Shown: positions 12,101-23,200 of the stretch, in pieces
Numbering within the stretch: the stretch's first letter is position 1
Layout of the letters: each line of letters starts with the position of its first letter
Position numbers and translations under genes: made by a program
Origin: Lingula anatina
Lineage: Eukaryota > Animalia > Brachiopoda
Length of the DNA stretch: 64,000 nucleotides
Direction of reading: 5' to 3'
Assembly: GCA_051362555.1 (NCBI GenBank)
Contig: CM120640.1
Location: forward strand, 66,938,788 to 67,002,787
Notes under the pieces: generated by a model
Databases searched by the model: none
What the model saw: the letters and a program-made list of their open reading frames with translations, nothing else
Told to the model about the DNA's origin: nothing

Positions 12101-13967
12101 AGTAAAGACAAATTTGCATGGTTTAAAAGTAAGTTTTTTACTGACATACAGTGTACATGCAGGCTGGTTTCACACATTTTATGTGTCGTACATGTACCGG
12201 TGCCTTTTACAAAGTACAATGAAACATAATATTGTTGTGGAAGAGGGTCAGGTATAAAGAGTGTTGCTTTGTGAAGTTTGAGAAAAACATTTCATGCTCC
12301 ATTGAGGTTTTCCTTTTACTTTGCTGTTTTCTATGATGTCAGATGACGGATGCCAATCAGCGTTGGGATGTGTCTGAGGCTATTGATTGGATGAAGCAAC
12401 TCACAGAATTCAAGCCTTTGTGGATAGAAGAGCCCACCAGTCCTGATGATGTTCTGGGACATGCTACCATTGCCAAGGTGAATTGTCACTCTCAGACTGC
12501 TTCACCACATTTACTTGTGTGAATTATACTAAGAAGATTTGCCTGCTGTATATTCCATTAGAACACTACCAGTACATGTACATGTATATAGGGTGCAGTA
12601 CTGGGGGTAGAGTACTAGTATATTTGTGAGGCACAGTATATTACAGACATAGGGAAACTGCCTGTCTGATTGGTTATACCCCCCTGAAAAGTCAGAGGAC
12701 TGGCAAGATTTTGGATAATGCAGGTCCTCTAGACCAGCAAGGTTTATGTGAAAAGACAATTCATAAAATGAATTAAATGAAAACATCGACTTACAGACTT
12801 GCACCATATATTAGGAGGACCTGCAGATTTCTTTTAGTACCCCGTACCTCCTAAGTTATATTGTAAAGAAGGGGAATCACTATAAGATAAAAAAATTGTG
12901 CTGCCTGTTAAGTTTTTTTATGAAAAAATTCAATATTGTGATAAAGAAAGGGAATGTTTACTCTTTCCACCCTAGGCTTTGAAGCCGTACAACATAGCCG
13001 TGGCCACAGGGGAGCACTGCCAGAACCGTGTTGTGTTCAAACAGTTGTTCCAGGCAGATTCCATTGCCTACTGCCAGATAGATGGGTGTAGACTGGGGGG
13101 TGTCAATGAAGTCCTCGCTGTGTTACTTATGGCAGCAAAATTAAATGGTAAGAATGTAGGATGTGTATAGTTATGTAAAACATTTTCATTTTTCTAGTAA
13201 TTGTTGGTTCAGTGAAATACATTAAACCATGTGCTCATAGGACTATGTACAGATACACATATGGATGCACTGATGAATTTTGTGTTCTATACCTCCCTGA
13301 ATCTTTATAGAGTGAATGATGGTCAAAAGTGGTTTTACTTCAGTCCCTGTTTGTCCTCATGCTGGAGGGGTTGGTCTCTGTCAAGTGAATCAGCATTTCT
13401 CATACTTTGACTACATCTGTGTTTCAAGGACTTTAGAAAACAGGTTTGTGAATTGTTTGCATACAATTGGAATCAAATGTTTTCTTACATCACTCACATG
13501 TGTTCACTAATTTACCTGTCGTTACATTAAACAGATAACAAAGACTGTGGGAAAAATAATGTAATATAATTTTTGTATCAGATTTCTAGAATATGCAGAG
13601 CATCTTCATGAGAATTACAAGTTCCCAGTTGAAGTGAAGGGAGGCCACTATGTTTTGCCACAGGTACTGTTACTTTATTTTATATCCAACAGTCTTCCTG
13701 TGTACAGATGTGTTTTGTCAGTCATCTAAATAAGTCATTCTTGGTTAAATATGTTTAATTATTTGCATTTCAAAGACCCCTCAAGTCAAAAAAGGAAGAC
13801 ACATGTCAAAACATAAGAAAGGAATGGTATTATTGAACTATTTTCAGATTCCAGGATTTCAGACAGAGATGAGAGAGGCCTCCCTGGACACCCATGAGTA
13901 TCCCATTGGTCCTGTCTGGCAGAAACTGTTTGCTGAGGGCACATTTAAGCCACCAAAGAAACACTAA
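6163..13967 (+). CDS. ENOSF1: Enolase superfamily member 1 (rTS-beta, L-fuconate dehydratase-like), complete, 16 exons
   Basis: Exons 6163-6243, 6878-6980, 7233-7348, 7641-7727, 8325-8351, 8553-8593, 9257-9288, 9438-9476, 9803-9885, 10059-10093, 10236-10323, 12343-12477, 12976-13147, 13344-13443, 13582-13663, 13848-13967. Motifs: [82 protein letters not shown]. Confidence 0.96.
7478..7519. repeat. (GT)n microsatellite
   Basis: Directly visible dinucleotide run. Confidence 0.95.
7688..7886 (+). repeat. 64-bp tandem repeat (3 copies) spanning the ENOSF1 exon 4 end and its splice donor
   Basis: The unit CAATGCTGTGTGGGATCTGTGGGCTAAGGTAGAAAGAAAG|GTAAGCATGTTACCCCATAAGTTA starts at 7688, 7752 and 7816. 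Confidence 0.95.
8953..9178. repeat. (ATT)n and (AAT)n microsatellites in opposite orientation
   Basis: (ATT)n at about 8953-9007 and (AAT)n at about 9125-9178, both in ENOSF1 intron 6. Confidence 0.9.
10540..11314 (-). pseudogene. Decayed coiled-coil ORF (LINE ORF1-like remnant) antisense in ENOSF1 intron 11, split by a MITE
   Basis: Minus-strand ATG at 11314 reads [39 protein letters not shown] frameshifted [17 protein letters not shown] follows. After removing the 10736-11019 insertion and one TSD, it reads on as [16 protein letters not shown]|[29 protein letters not shown]. Stops and frameshifts are present. The LINE origin is inference. Confidence 0.55.
10736..11019. mobile_element. MITE with about 110-bp TIRs (CAGGCCTACCCAACTACCAGACT), 5-bp TSD ATTTT
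   Basis: The left arm CAGGCCTACCCAACTACCAGACT...GAATTCACCGGTAGATCAGACCAC is mirrored at the right end. ATTTT occurs at 10731-10735 and 11020-11024. Confidence 0.92.
11490..11533. repeat. Perfect 21-bp inverted repeat with 2-nt loop
   Basis: TATTATAATGACACTACCATT-AA-AATGGTAGTGTCATTATAATA. Confidence 0.9.
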
Positions 13968-15140
13968 AATGCTGCCTCCTCTAGTTTTTTGGTTACAAGT
14001 ACCAGTTCGACCTGTGCCTATATTTGTTTTAGTACATGTACATTTAAAGGAAGGTATCTGAATTGTTTACATTTGCCAGAATGTGGGTAAATACCTGTGT
14101 AGGCATTGTAAATTTTCACTATTTTAAACTGATTTTTTTTATTTTTGAAGGAAGCGTTTAATATTGAAGATAATTAAGTGCCATACATTTGTGAAATGAT
14201 TACATTAATGGCTAAGGATGGATGCCTTATTACTTATTTAAAATGTGGAATTATATCATTTAGATATACATACTGTACTTCCATCTTTAAAACAAATCTT
14301 AGAAACTTAAGAAAGGGAGGTTTTAAAGAGAGAGATATGCAATTGAAACTGAAAACTCAATAGAGGCAAGAATGTTAAATGTGGAATATATTTTTATACA
14401 CTTTAAGAGTGTGGTAAATTTTATATATTTTCATGATGAATGTAATAAATATAAAGAAGTTTTTGTCCTATAATGGTACCACCAGCTAATGTTTGGTCAG
14501 ATTCCTTGGGCATCTACATCTACATCCATGTCCACATTAATTCACCTGATCTGTGGCAAATTTTTTAACTCTGTGTATTTTTATGCTTCAGCATTGGTGG
14601 CTGTTTTATGCATTTATTTTTAAATAATTAATATTTGATTAATATTAAAACATTAATTTGTGTCTTAGCCACTGTAAGACATGAAGAGTGGCATTTTAAT
14701 CAAATATCTAGTCTTATGTTACATACATGTACCTATATACTGTACCAGTATAAGCCCTCCAAATCATGTTCAAATCACCCTTCTGATACATCTATTTCTA
14801 CAACATGATAAATACAGTGCAATTGTTCATCTTTCAAGCACGTGCCAAACTGGTGGTATATACTCATGAGGCTCCCATCGGCACATTAACATCGAGTCAG
14901 TATTCATAAGCTATTGATTTACATATATACCTGGGTAAATTAAAAAATTTTAACAGTATATCAGAATAAAGTGAAGCACTATGTTCTATTGACCTGACAG
15001 AAAAGTTCAAGTACAAGTACCTGTATATCGAATGTGAACGGATCATGTTCTTGTTGCAGTTAATAGAAAATGAACCAAACTACTTGTCTGTTCAGAACAG
15101 AAATTAGATTGGAAAGTCAAAATGACTATCAGTATGTACA

Positions 15141-15350
15141 CAGTGGCGGATTTGGGGGGGGTGGGGGGTCAGGGGGGTCCTGACCCCCCCTTCAATTTTT
15201 GAAAACTAATTATCCCCTCTTGAAATTAGAATTTGACCAACTGAATCATAGTTCTAAACCGTACCGAATGGCACCATTCACCCTCTAAAATACCAAAATT
15301 TTCCAGGGCATCTGTGGACCCCCCTTCAAAAAATCATGGATCTGCCCCTG
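15141..15350. mobile_element. MITE with family-A-like termini but different interior (5-bp TSD GTACA)
   Basis: CAGTGGCGGAT...ATCTGCCCCTG with GTACA on both flanks. G-rich subterminal hairpin GGGGGGTCAGGGGGGTCCTGACCCCCC. Confidence 0.85.
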
Positions 15351-15649
15351 GTACATCTGTGTATCGTGTACTTTACGTATTCAACTTGAGTTTATATGTA
15401 CTGTATAACAAATGACCATCAAGATAGTTGAAAATTCATCTATTACACTGTTTTATTATAAATTTTATTAAATAAATCAATTGTCAGACAATTTTGTTTG
15501 CTACGTTTTTAAAGTCAGTCATCAAGAAACGATATGTCCTAAAAGTGGTTGAGCACAATATGGATAGAGTATGATCAAATGCTTCAAAAAATGAAATGCA
15601 GAGAAAGACTTTTAACAACTATAAACTGACAAAAAATGGCATTTGTCGG

Positions 15650-16077
15650 ACCAGGGAATTGTATTGATACAATTCCCTGGTGGGACCCATCATGTGAATA
15701 ATAATGGGTGCAATGCACTCTTACACGGGAAAAGGAAAGAGACAATATAAGAAAGAATATGGTTGGCAGAAAAATTATTGAGAAGCACAGAATGACACGG
15801 CATAGGAGGCGTTGGAGGGTAAACCGTTGTGGTCCTTAGGCGGTAAATTACAATAGTAAACGACTAATGAAAACTTGGTATTATTACTGAGAAAAACGTC
15901 AATTCCAATAGTCTTATCAATCGGAATTGAGGGGAACGGGAATCCCCGATTTCGTTTTGGTCATGTCAAACTTGAACTAAATGCAGGCCACTGTTATCTG
16001 ATGACATCTGATGTGATACTCGAGCTGGTTCCTGTATGCATTGTGTAGTAAACCGGGAATGAAAACCCTTTTTTTTT

Positions 16078-16108
<31 letters not shown>

Positions 16109-16927
16109 CGGAGGGGGGCACGTGCCTATTATTTACCTCTTCAGGCTGATGTCAGGTATCCATCTGTCGCAGTGTGTGCCTTACATATTATAGTAAAATT
16201 GCCAACGTTTACTGTTGTGCTTTAAATCCTTATGCCACCCACTCCCAGCGAAATTCTAGATCCATCATGGACTTCGTTCCAGCTACAGTACTGTGCATGT
16301 AATTTTATCAAACGTCATAAATAATGTATGCAGTTATTTATTAACATAGACTACTAATGAAAAATTTTTATTATTACTGATAAAAATGTTGATTACAGTG
16401 AGCTTATCAAATCGGAATTCTTTTTATAATATTTTAGGTTATGACATGTAACGTTTGTCTTAAAATGAGTTAGATGACGCGCTTGATGTGAGAGGAACGG
16501 GAATTCCCAACCTCGTTTTGGTAATGTCTAAAGCAGACGAATCCACTTTCGTTAAAAGGGTCACTAGCTTTAAACGATATCCGTCTTTCTTAACAAATTA
16601 ATTCACATACGAATAAAATATTGATGATATATGTACAGAAAATATAAGTGACAGCGAAAAACGCTGAACCCGAAAACAAAATACTCAATACACATCTGTA
16701 TAAGTTTACAACGTGTGAACTATACTTTGGCTATCCCCTCAGCGGAACTTCGAAACTGAAAGTCGGTTTTTTATGAAACTGCAGGAAATATTTCCGTCTC
16801 ACGAGGCCCTATATATTTACCGCAGCAGACACATATTTGGTGAAATAAGGGAATACGTCAACTCTAAGTCAGGATATATTATTCTTTAAAAAAAAAAGAG
16901 AGAATTGTACCTAGCTAGGTGTCAAAG
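15650..16927 (+). promoter_or_regulatory. Putative immune-responsive promoter: two NF-kB-type sites, ISRE-like element, TATA box
   Basis: GGGAATCCCC at 15938-15947 and GGGAATTCCC at 16499-16508, each within a duplicated block. GAAACTGAAAGT at 16752-16763. TATATA at 16810. ATG at 16928. These are motif matches only. Confidence 0.6.
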
Positions 16928-17591
16928 ATGCAGTTTACCGTCCGCATGGTTGGAGTCGGGGGTAACCCTTTCGAAGTTTCAGCAACAGAGGTTGGCGAGA
17001 TTTTCAAGTTGTACTAGATATACCATTATATATAGATGGCTTAATATATATAAGTATTGTATTTTGTTCCCTTTTTGTATTACATGTATGATTAATGTTA
17101 TTGTTTCAAGTTCAACGTTTTTGACGAGAAATTGAGTATTATGAGACGATTTCTTCGACAAGCTGACATAACTCGAGCGATTCATTCAAATGAAAGTGAT
17201 TTTGAATATATGTGAAAAGTGTTCATTGTTATGTGGCAGAATGACAACTTCAGCTTATCGTTTACCTTGAAGCTTATATTTTCTTATCATCCTTCTCCTA
17301 ATAGGAGTCCACGGTAGACACCCTTCTATTATCAGTAGCTGGTAGCTATGGAATACAGTCAGGTGTGATACAGCTTTTTTATTTAGGTAGGTATTATGTT
17401 TGACTTTTACCTTTAGTTGTCATGTAGTCTAGTCTCTGCACAAATTGGTTCTAGTACATTGCAGTTAGTACTAAGGAGTAGAGCGAGTCTGGAACTAGGC
17501 AGGACAATCAGTTGCAGACTCGGCCAAGACAGAAATGGTACATGAGGGATCATTCATTTTTTATCATCATTTTCACAACTCTACAAGACTT

Positions 17592-17628
<37 letters not shown>

Positions 17629-18418
17629 CTCTTCAGGTGGACAAGGTTAAAAGCTAAAATGATGACCTTTGACAGCAATTGTGATCAACGTTTTTGTTGT
17701 TTTTCAAAAGTGTACAGAGGGCATTAACCCCCCCCCCCCAGCTTATGGTTTGTAGACTTGTAAAAATGATTAAAATGAATGACCCTACTAAACTTACAGT
17801 GAGGGGGGGGGGTACAATGTATTTGGGAATAACATGTTTAGACTACAATATAGATTACATGAGAAGGAAAGTTCCAGATTATTTATGACCCGATGCTCTG
17901 ACATTAATCTTTGACATATGAATTACCCCTTGTTGTTCCCGGTACAAGATAATACAGTGTATTTTTGAACCGATATATTGATTTTACCCAATTGCTGTTT
18001 TTGGTCACCTTACTTAGATAAAAAAAAAGGTGGCACTAAACAGGTTTTGTTTGCTGTGTAGCAGATAACCTCTCTTTCTGTGTACTGGTATATAGGGTGT
18101 TTTTGATATAAGGTTACCAACAGCTGTTGATCCACTTTATATTTTACGTTTCTCCTTTTTGTTCTTAGTCTAAGGTAAAATATGAACTACTGATTTCCAC
18201 TCATTGTTAACTTTTATTCTCCCTGCCTACTGATTCTGAAGTAATATATTTAAATTAAAACAATAAAGTGAGGACAGTATTTTTCAAGAGGGAGCAGTTC
18301 TCAAAACCAGTTTTTATTCCTATTTGCCATATATGATTATAAAAAAATGTTATTACCTTAATATTTGCGGTCATTTTCTGTATCTTATCTTTTTTTATCT
18401 TATTTCTCATGCTTTTCA

Positions 18419-18463
<45 letters not shown>

Positions 18464-20218
18464 TTTTGGGGGGTTTGGAGGTGATTGGTATAGCCCCACA
18501 GCCTCCATTTGACCTCCTTGTCACATTTTTCACACTGCATTCATACAAATATGACACTTCAGACCTTAACACTTTTAGGGCAGCGTTTAGAGTGTGGACA
18601 GCGTCTTGGCGGGTATGGGATAGACTGTGACTGTAGCCTCCTGGCAGTGGTATCTGTTCAGGCGAATACAGGCGGTGGAGAATGGAATCTGTTCATCAAA
18701 GGACTGGATGGCAGAACTTCAACCATTTCCATAAGCAAGGTAACAGTGAAATTCATTTGACTATTATTCACTGCTCAATAGAATCAGATTAAATCGAAAA
18801 AACTCATTTCATATACCCTGTAATTCATTTCTTTCCTTTATTTATTTTAACAACTTTCTTGAAGCAAGACGGCTTATAAATATTTTCTAAAGCATATTGG
18901 AATTTCTTCATAAATGATAAAATTTATTTTGAAAGTTACCGAATTTACAAGAACGTGAAAAGCAACTATTTTCTGTCGTAGTCCTCATATAAAAGCTTGG
19001 GAGATATGCCAGTAGATGAACTCCTCATCAAGGCCAGTGCTGCCACGCAGATACCAAAAGATCAACAAAGACTGATATACGGGGGTAGGTGATTATGATT
19101 GTATTTACTATAAATTTATTTCACTTCACGGACACATTTTCTGTATCATATTGTAGGTTGAGAATAGTATATACCTAAAAGAAGCATTTTAATTTGTTTA
19201 TATCGTACTTTGCATCCACATCATGTGATAAGATTAGCTTTTAATTAGTGATGTGTATTTCTTATTAATTGTCAACATGATAAATGTGACAGAACTAATT
19301 CTGGCTACAGGTAAACAGCTTCAGGAGGGAAGAGGACACACTTTATCCACGTACGGCATTCAGAACCGTTCAACGCTCCACCTGGTGATGCGCCTGCGCG
19401 GAGGTGGAATCGAAGGTGATGGGAGGACACCGTGCGGACATGTTCTTGGTAAGGTTTAGTATACAATGGAAGCGCATAAAGCCAATTTGTTAAAAATTCT
19501 TTCAATTAGCCTTTTGAGAATGCATGCTTGTTTTTAATTGCTTTTAAAGTTAACGAAACTTTTCTTTGATGTAGGTCCTGCCCACGTAAATACCTTTCGC
19601 CAGCAAGTGTCGTCTGGGCAAACTCTTCTGAGCTGCCCTTGCACCCACCCTACCACCCAACAGCAGTGCAAGCAACACCTACCCTACGATACTTGCGTTA
19701 AACGCCTCCCGTTCCTATCTAATGAAGACCGCCAGTTTTTAGAAATTGGAATTTCCAAGAACGCACTCGGCGGGCGTGCCAAGGAGTGTCCGTTGTGCAA
19801 GAGTGTGTGCGTGCGACGAAGCTCGCAAGATAGGTGTCTCCAATGCCCGGTGTGCACCGTCAAGACCAGGCGCTCTTATGAATTTTGCTGGGATTGCCTG
19901 CATGCGTGGAAAGGTGCCTCCAGCGAGAACTGTGGCAACCCGGACTGCTCCTCCTTGGAAGATCCCAGGCTGAAAACTCTCCGTGAGGCACCCCTGAAGA
20001 CCATAGTAGGCGTGCCTAGTTGCCCCTCGTGGCGTGCGTGCCCATCCTGCAGCCGCCTCATTGAGCACGTGGACGCGTGCAAACACATGTCGTGTCCTTG
20101 TGGGGTCACTTTCTGCTTCATCTGTTTAAACGTGCCTGTAAACGGTCGCAGGGGGTGCGGCGCCCACAATGCCCAGTGTCCAGTGGCACCAATACAGACC
20201 GAGCTGAAAGGACGTTAG
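16928..20218 (+). CDS. Tandem ubiquitin-like domains (second ends LVMRLRGG) fused to an RBR-type E3 ligase (half-RING1, IBR, RING2/Rcat)
   Basis: Exons 16928-16990, 17417-17537, 18579-18739, 18982-19084, 19311-19448, 19575-20218; the first two are less certain. Ubl2 reads [17 protein letters not shown]...[46 protein letters not shown]: KECPLC...LQCPVC...[13 protein letters not shown]2: [32 protein letters not shown], with the catalytic Cys-x-His intact. Confidence 0.88.
17545..17786. mobile_element. MITE-like element with internal (AC)n in intron 2 of the Ubl-RBR gene
   Basis: AGGGATCATTCATTTTTTATCATCATTTTCACAACTCTACAAGAC is mirrored imperfectly by GTTTGTAGACTTGTAAAAATGATTAAAATGAATGACCCT. 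The TSD is unclear. Confidence 0.65.
18421..18459. repeat. (GT)n microsatellite
   Basis: Directly visible. Confidence 0.95.
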
Positions 20219-23200
20219 AACTCGAAATGTGGCTCTTGTTTTGCAGAATTCAACATAAACTAGTGTCAGAGCTCTTGTTTTAACTTTGTCCAAGAGGGAT
20301 GGCAGTTTAAGTAGTAGGCCCTAAGCCGTGTTTTGATCAGGACATATGATGGAACTACTCCCCTAGTTTACTTTTATTGCATGCTTAATTTTGTTATATA
20401 GCACTTTAATCAGAAACTAAACCCGTGGTGCCACGATACCTAAAAGACAAAAGACGGTGATAAAATGACCTGTAAAACGAATGTGGATACAGTTTTCTGA
20501 ATATGTTCGGGCATTGACAATCAGCATTAAGTCAAAAATATGAGAAGCTTCGTCAAAATATATCTAGGAAAGCATATACAGTGCATATCGCGGGGTTTTG
20601 GCCTTCTGGACCCCCCTGTACTTCATAGTTTTCGTGGATTTTGTTTTACTGTAGTTAAATCCGTCAATGCTACGGCATCTTTCTTTGTAATTTACTTTCT
20701 CTGTTTAATTATTAGAGTTATTTGGGTTGTACTGAACAGTGGCATGCTTATATTAGAACATCTTACATAGCTTTTTATAATTATAATTCGCCAGCCTGCT
20801 TCTACTTTTTTCTCTTGCGTAGGTTCACACTGGCCAGAAAAGAAATAGACAGTTTTCTATGCATTTTGGTCTTTTAGCTTTTTATATTATTAAGATTTAA
20901 TTTGATTTGATTTTTTGCCCTTTCTTAGGCATACATAAATATTTTGCATCACAGAAAATCACGATGTGACCTTTGATATTTCTTTTTTGTTCAGTTGGTT
21001 TAGTTGTCAATAACATTCGAGCATTTATCGATTTGTATGCCTGAGTAGTTGTTTTAAACAAAGCGGGGGCTTTTATTGAATGTAGCCAAACTTCAATCGC
21101 GCGAACACGAACACTTAAACAAAATGTATTATCACTTTCCATCTGATAAATAAACAACAAAGAAAAGTGAAATGAATCGTTGAATCGATGAAATATTAGT
21201 ATTTCTACAGCCGGGTTACCTAGTGGTTAGTTCAGTCGTTGACTCATATGATCGACAGCATTGGAATGTAATCAATAATGGATCATTAAATTGCCGCCAT
21301 AGTACAAACAGATATCAATCATAAATGAAACTAGTAGTTTGGGAGTATTGATCGGTTTGTATGAGCGCAGACGACAGTCGGGTTCCTTCAGAAAACTGGG
21401 ACAAGATGCCATGGACAGACGCTAAGCCAGTGGGCTGGGGAGGCGGGAGTTTCTGGTAAGCATCATAAGGCAGTAGAGAGCCTACTTGTCTCTTGGTCTG
21501 GCCGATAGAAATTACTTGGACATCCTCCCATTTTTCAAAGTTTACATCATACTGTGTCTTCCTGTCGTTTCAGGTTCGGTTTTATGTTAACAGAAGCTAT
21601 GTTATCTTGTCGTTTGAAACTTATGACTCTATGATATACACTGTATTTCATTTGTCTTCAACGGAAAGCACGATAACCTTACTTACATTACTGTGTACGT
21701 CTTTGTCGAAAAGAACATGCAAACTTATTCCATTAGATAATGATCTCAATACATCCTACGTAATTGTTACTACGGAATTCGAAACAGTTTGTACTTAGGA
21801 TGTCCTCTCTTACTCGTCAGTCAGCGACAAAATAAAAACCTTTTCTTAAGCCAAAAAGGCCGGGGAGTAACGCCGGAGAGCGTATTATCGCCGTAGTGTA
21901 TTTTTGGTAAGGTTCTTTTGAATTAGCTATTGGAATAAACCGTTTGATACTGATTTCTAGCCCTAGGGAGACAGATTAAGGCGACTTTCCTCCTTTACAG
22001 TGTCTGTGGGCAGGACCATAGACTGGGATGGCTCCATGCGGTTAGAACTCAAATCACATGGTCTGCATACGTAGTTGGAAGAGGATTATGACTGTTTAGA
22101 TAAAAAAAATTGTAAATATTTTTCCCTTTGTTCAAGCAGAACATTGCCATTATTTTTCATTGGACCAACGGTGGACAGAGAGACCTTGTTCTTGTTTTTA
22201 GATTTAAACTTGCCTGATAATGTATAATTATGTTGACTAAATTAACTCAATAGCCGGGTTATTATTCTGGCCACGTATAAAGAACTTTCGTCAAAGTCAT
22301 AATATTTTGCGCGTCCCCTAACGTTCAACTATTCATCTAAAATCTAAATTAAAGAAATTTATACAATCTCGTTGAAAGCCTTTCTTTTTTCAAACGAATA
22401 GGTCAATAGTTGACCCGTGGTAGAGCACAGTCTCTTGAAAATAGGTACACCTCCATAAATTTTGTATTTTTTTTACCTTTGCAAATGCTTTACACGTGGT
22501 GAATGATTAAGACGGAACTATAATGGCTATGGAGATAGAAGATAAGATATTAACAAGCTGAGTTGCCAGACTCACTTGGCTTCCACCCGAAGTTTTAATT
22601 GCTTTTTAACCCGTTTTTGGATTTGGGGAGGAATCTCAACTGGTTTCGAGATATAGTCATACAAATTTTCTGTGATGGCTACGGAATATGCAATGAAGAA
22701 AAAAGTTTTCCAGAATTGCCACAACCCTTCCAGTGTCACAAACCTAATTTCATATTTTCGAACCATGCCTTTTAGTAAAATTTGAAGATACTACTTAGTA
22801 ATCTTTTTTATAGCTACATCGTCTCCTAAGAATTACATAAATCGTTGCTAGATAACCGAGAAAACCTGAGAGTAGAAAATGACATTTTAAACCCCAAACG
22901 CTCCTTTTACGTCACCCGGGAAATAGTGGAACAGGAAAATTCGAAAAAAATAATTTGTGATTGATGTCTAATCATATTTATAAATCGCATCTCCCCAGTA
23001 ACAGTTCTTAGTAAGTGATTACGTATGAAGATATTCACCACGCTGATCCCGGTGTTATATACGAGATGGTACTACTGGTAGTGCCCTGATAGTGATACAG
23101 TATACAGTACCGTTGATTGAATGATTTTTACAGATGGGCACTGTTCTAGCTTTTAATCCACTCCCGTTACGCTTGTCTTGACTTGTGTGAATCTAAAGGA

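Noticed and set aside
12600-12850. Weak inverted similarity (TGCAGGTCCTC / GAGGACCTGCA)
   Set aside because: Too degenerate to define termini or a TSD. Possibly an old MITE but not supportable.
13968-15600. TYMS overlapping the ENOSF1 3' end, as in human
   Set aside because: No thymidylate synthase-like exon seen on the minus strand.
19739-20283. Several overlapping ORFs on both strands
   Set aside because: Shadow frames of the GC-rich RBR exon.
21210-21260. tRNA-like words (GCCGGGTTACCTAGTGGTTAG, CTCATA loop); also TGGTAGAGCA near 22418
   Set aside because: No T-arm/B-box (GTTCRA) or acceptor stem can be formed. At most decayed SINE heads.
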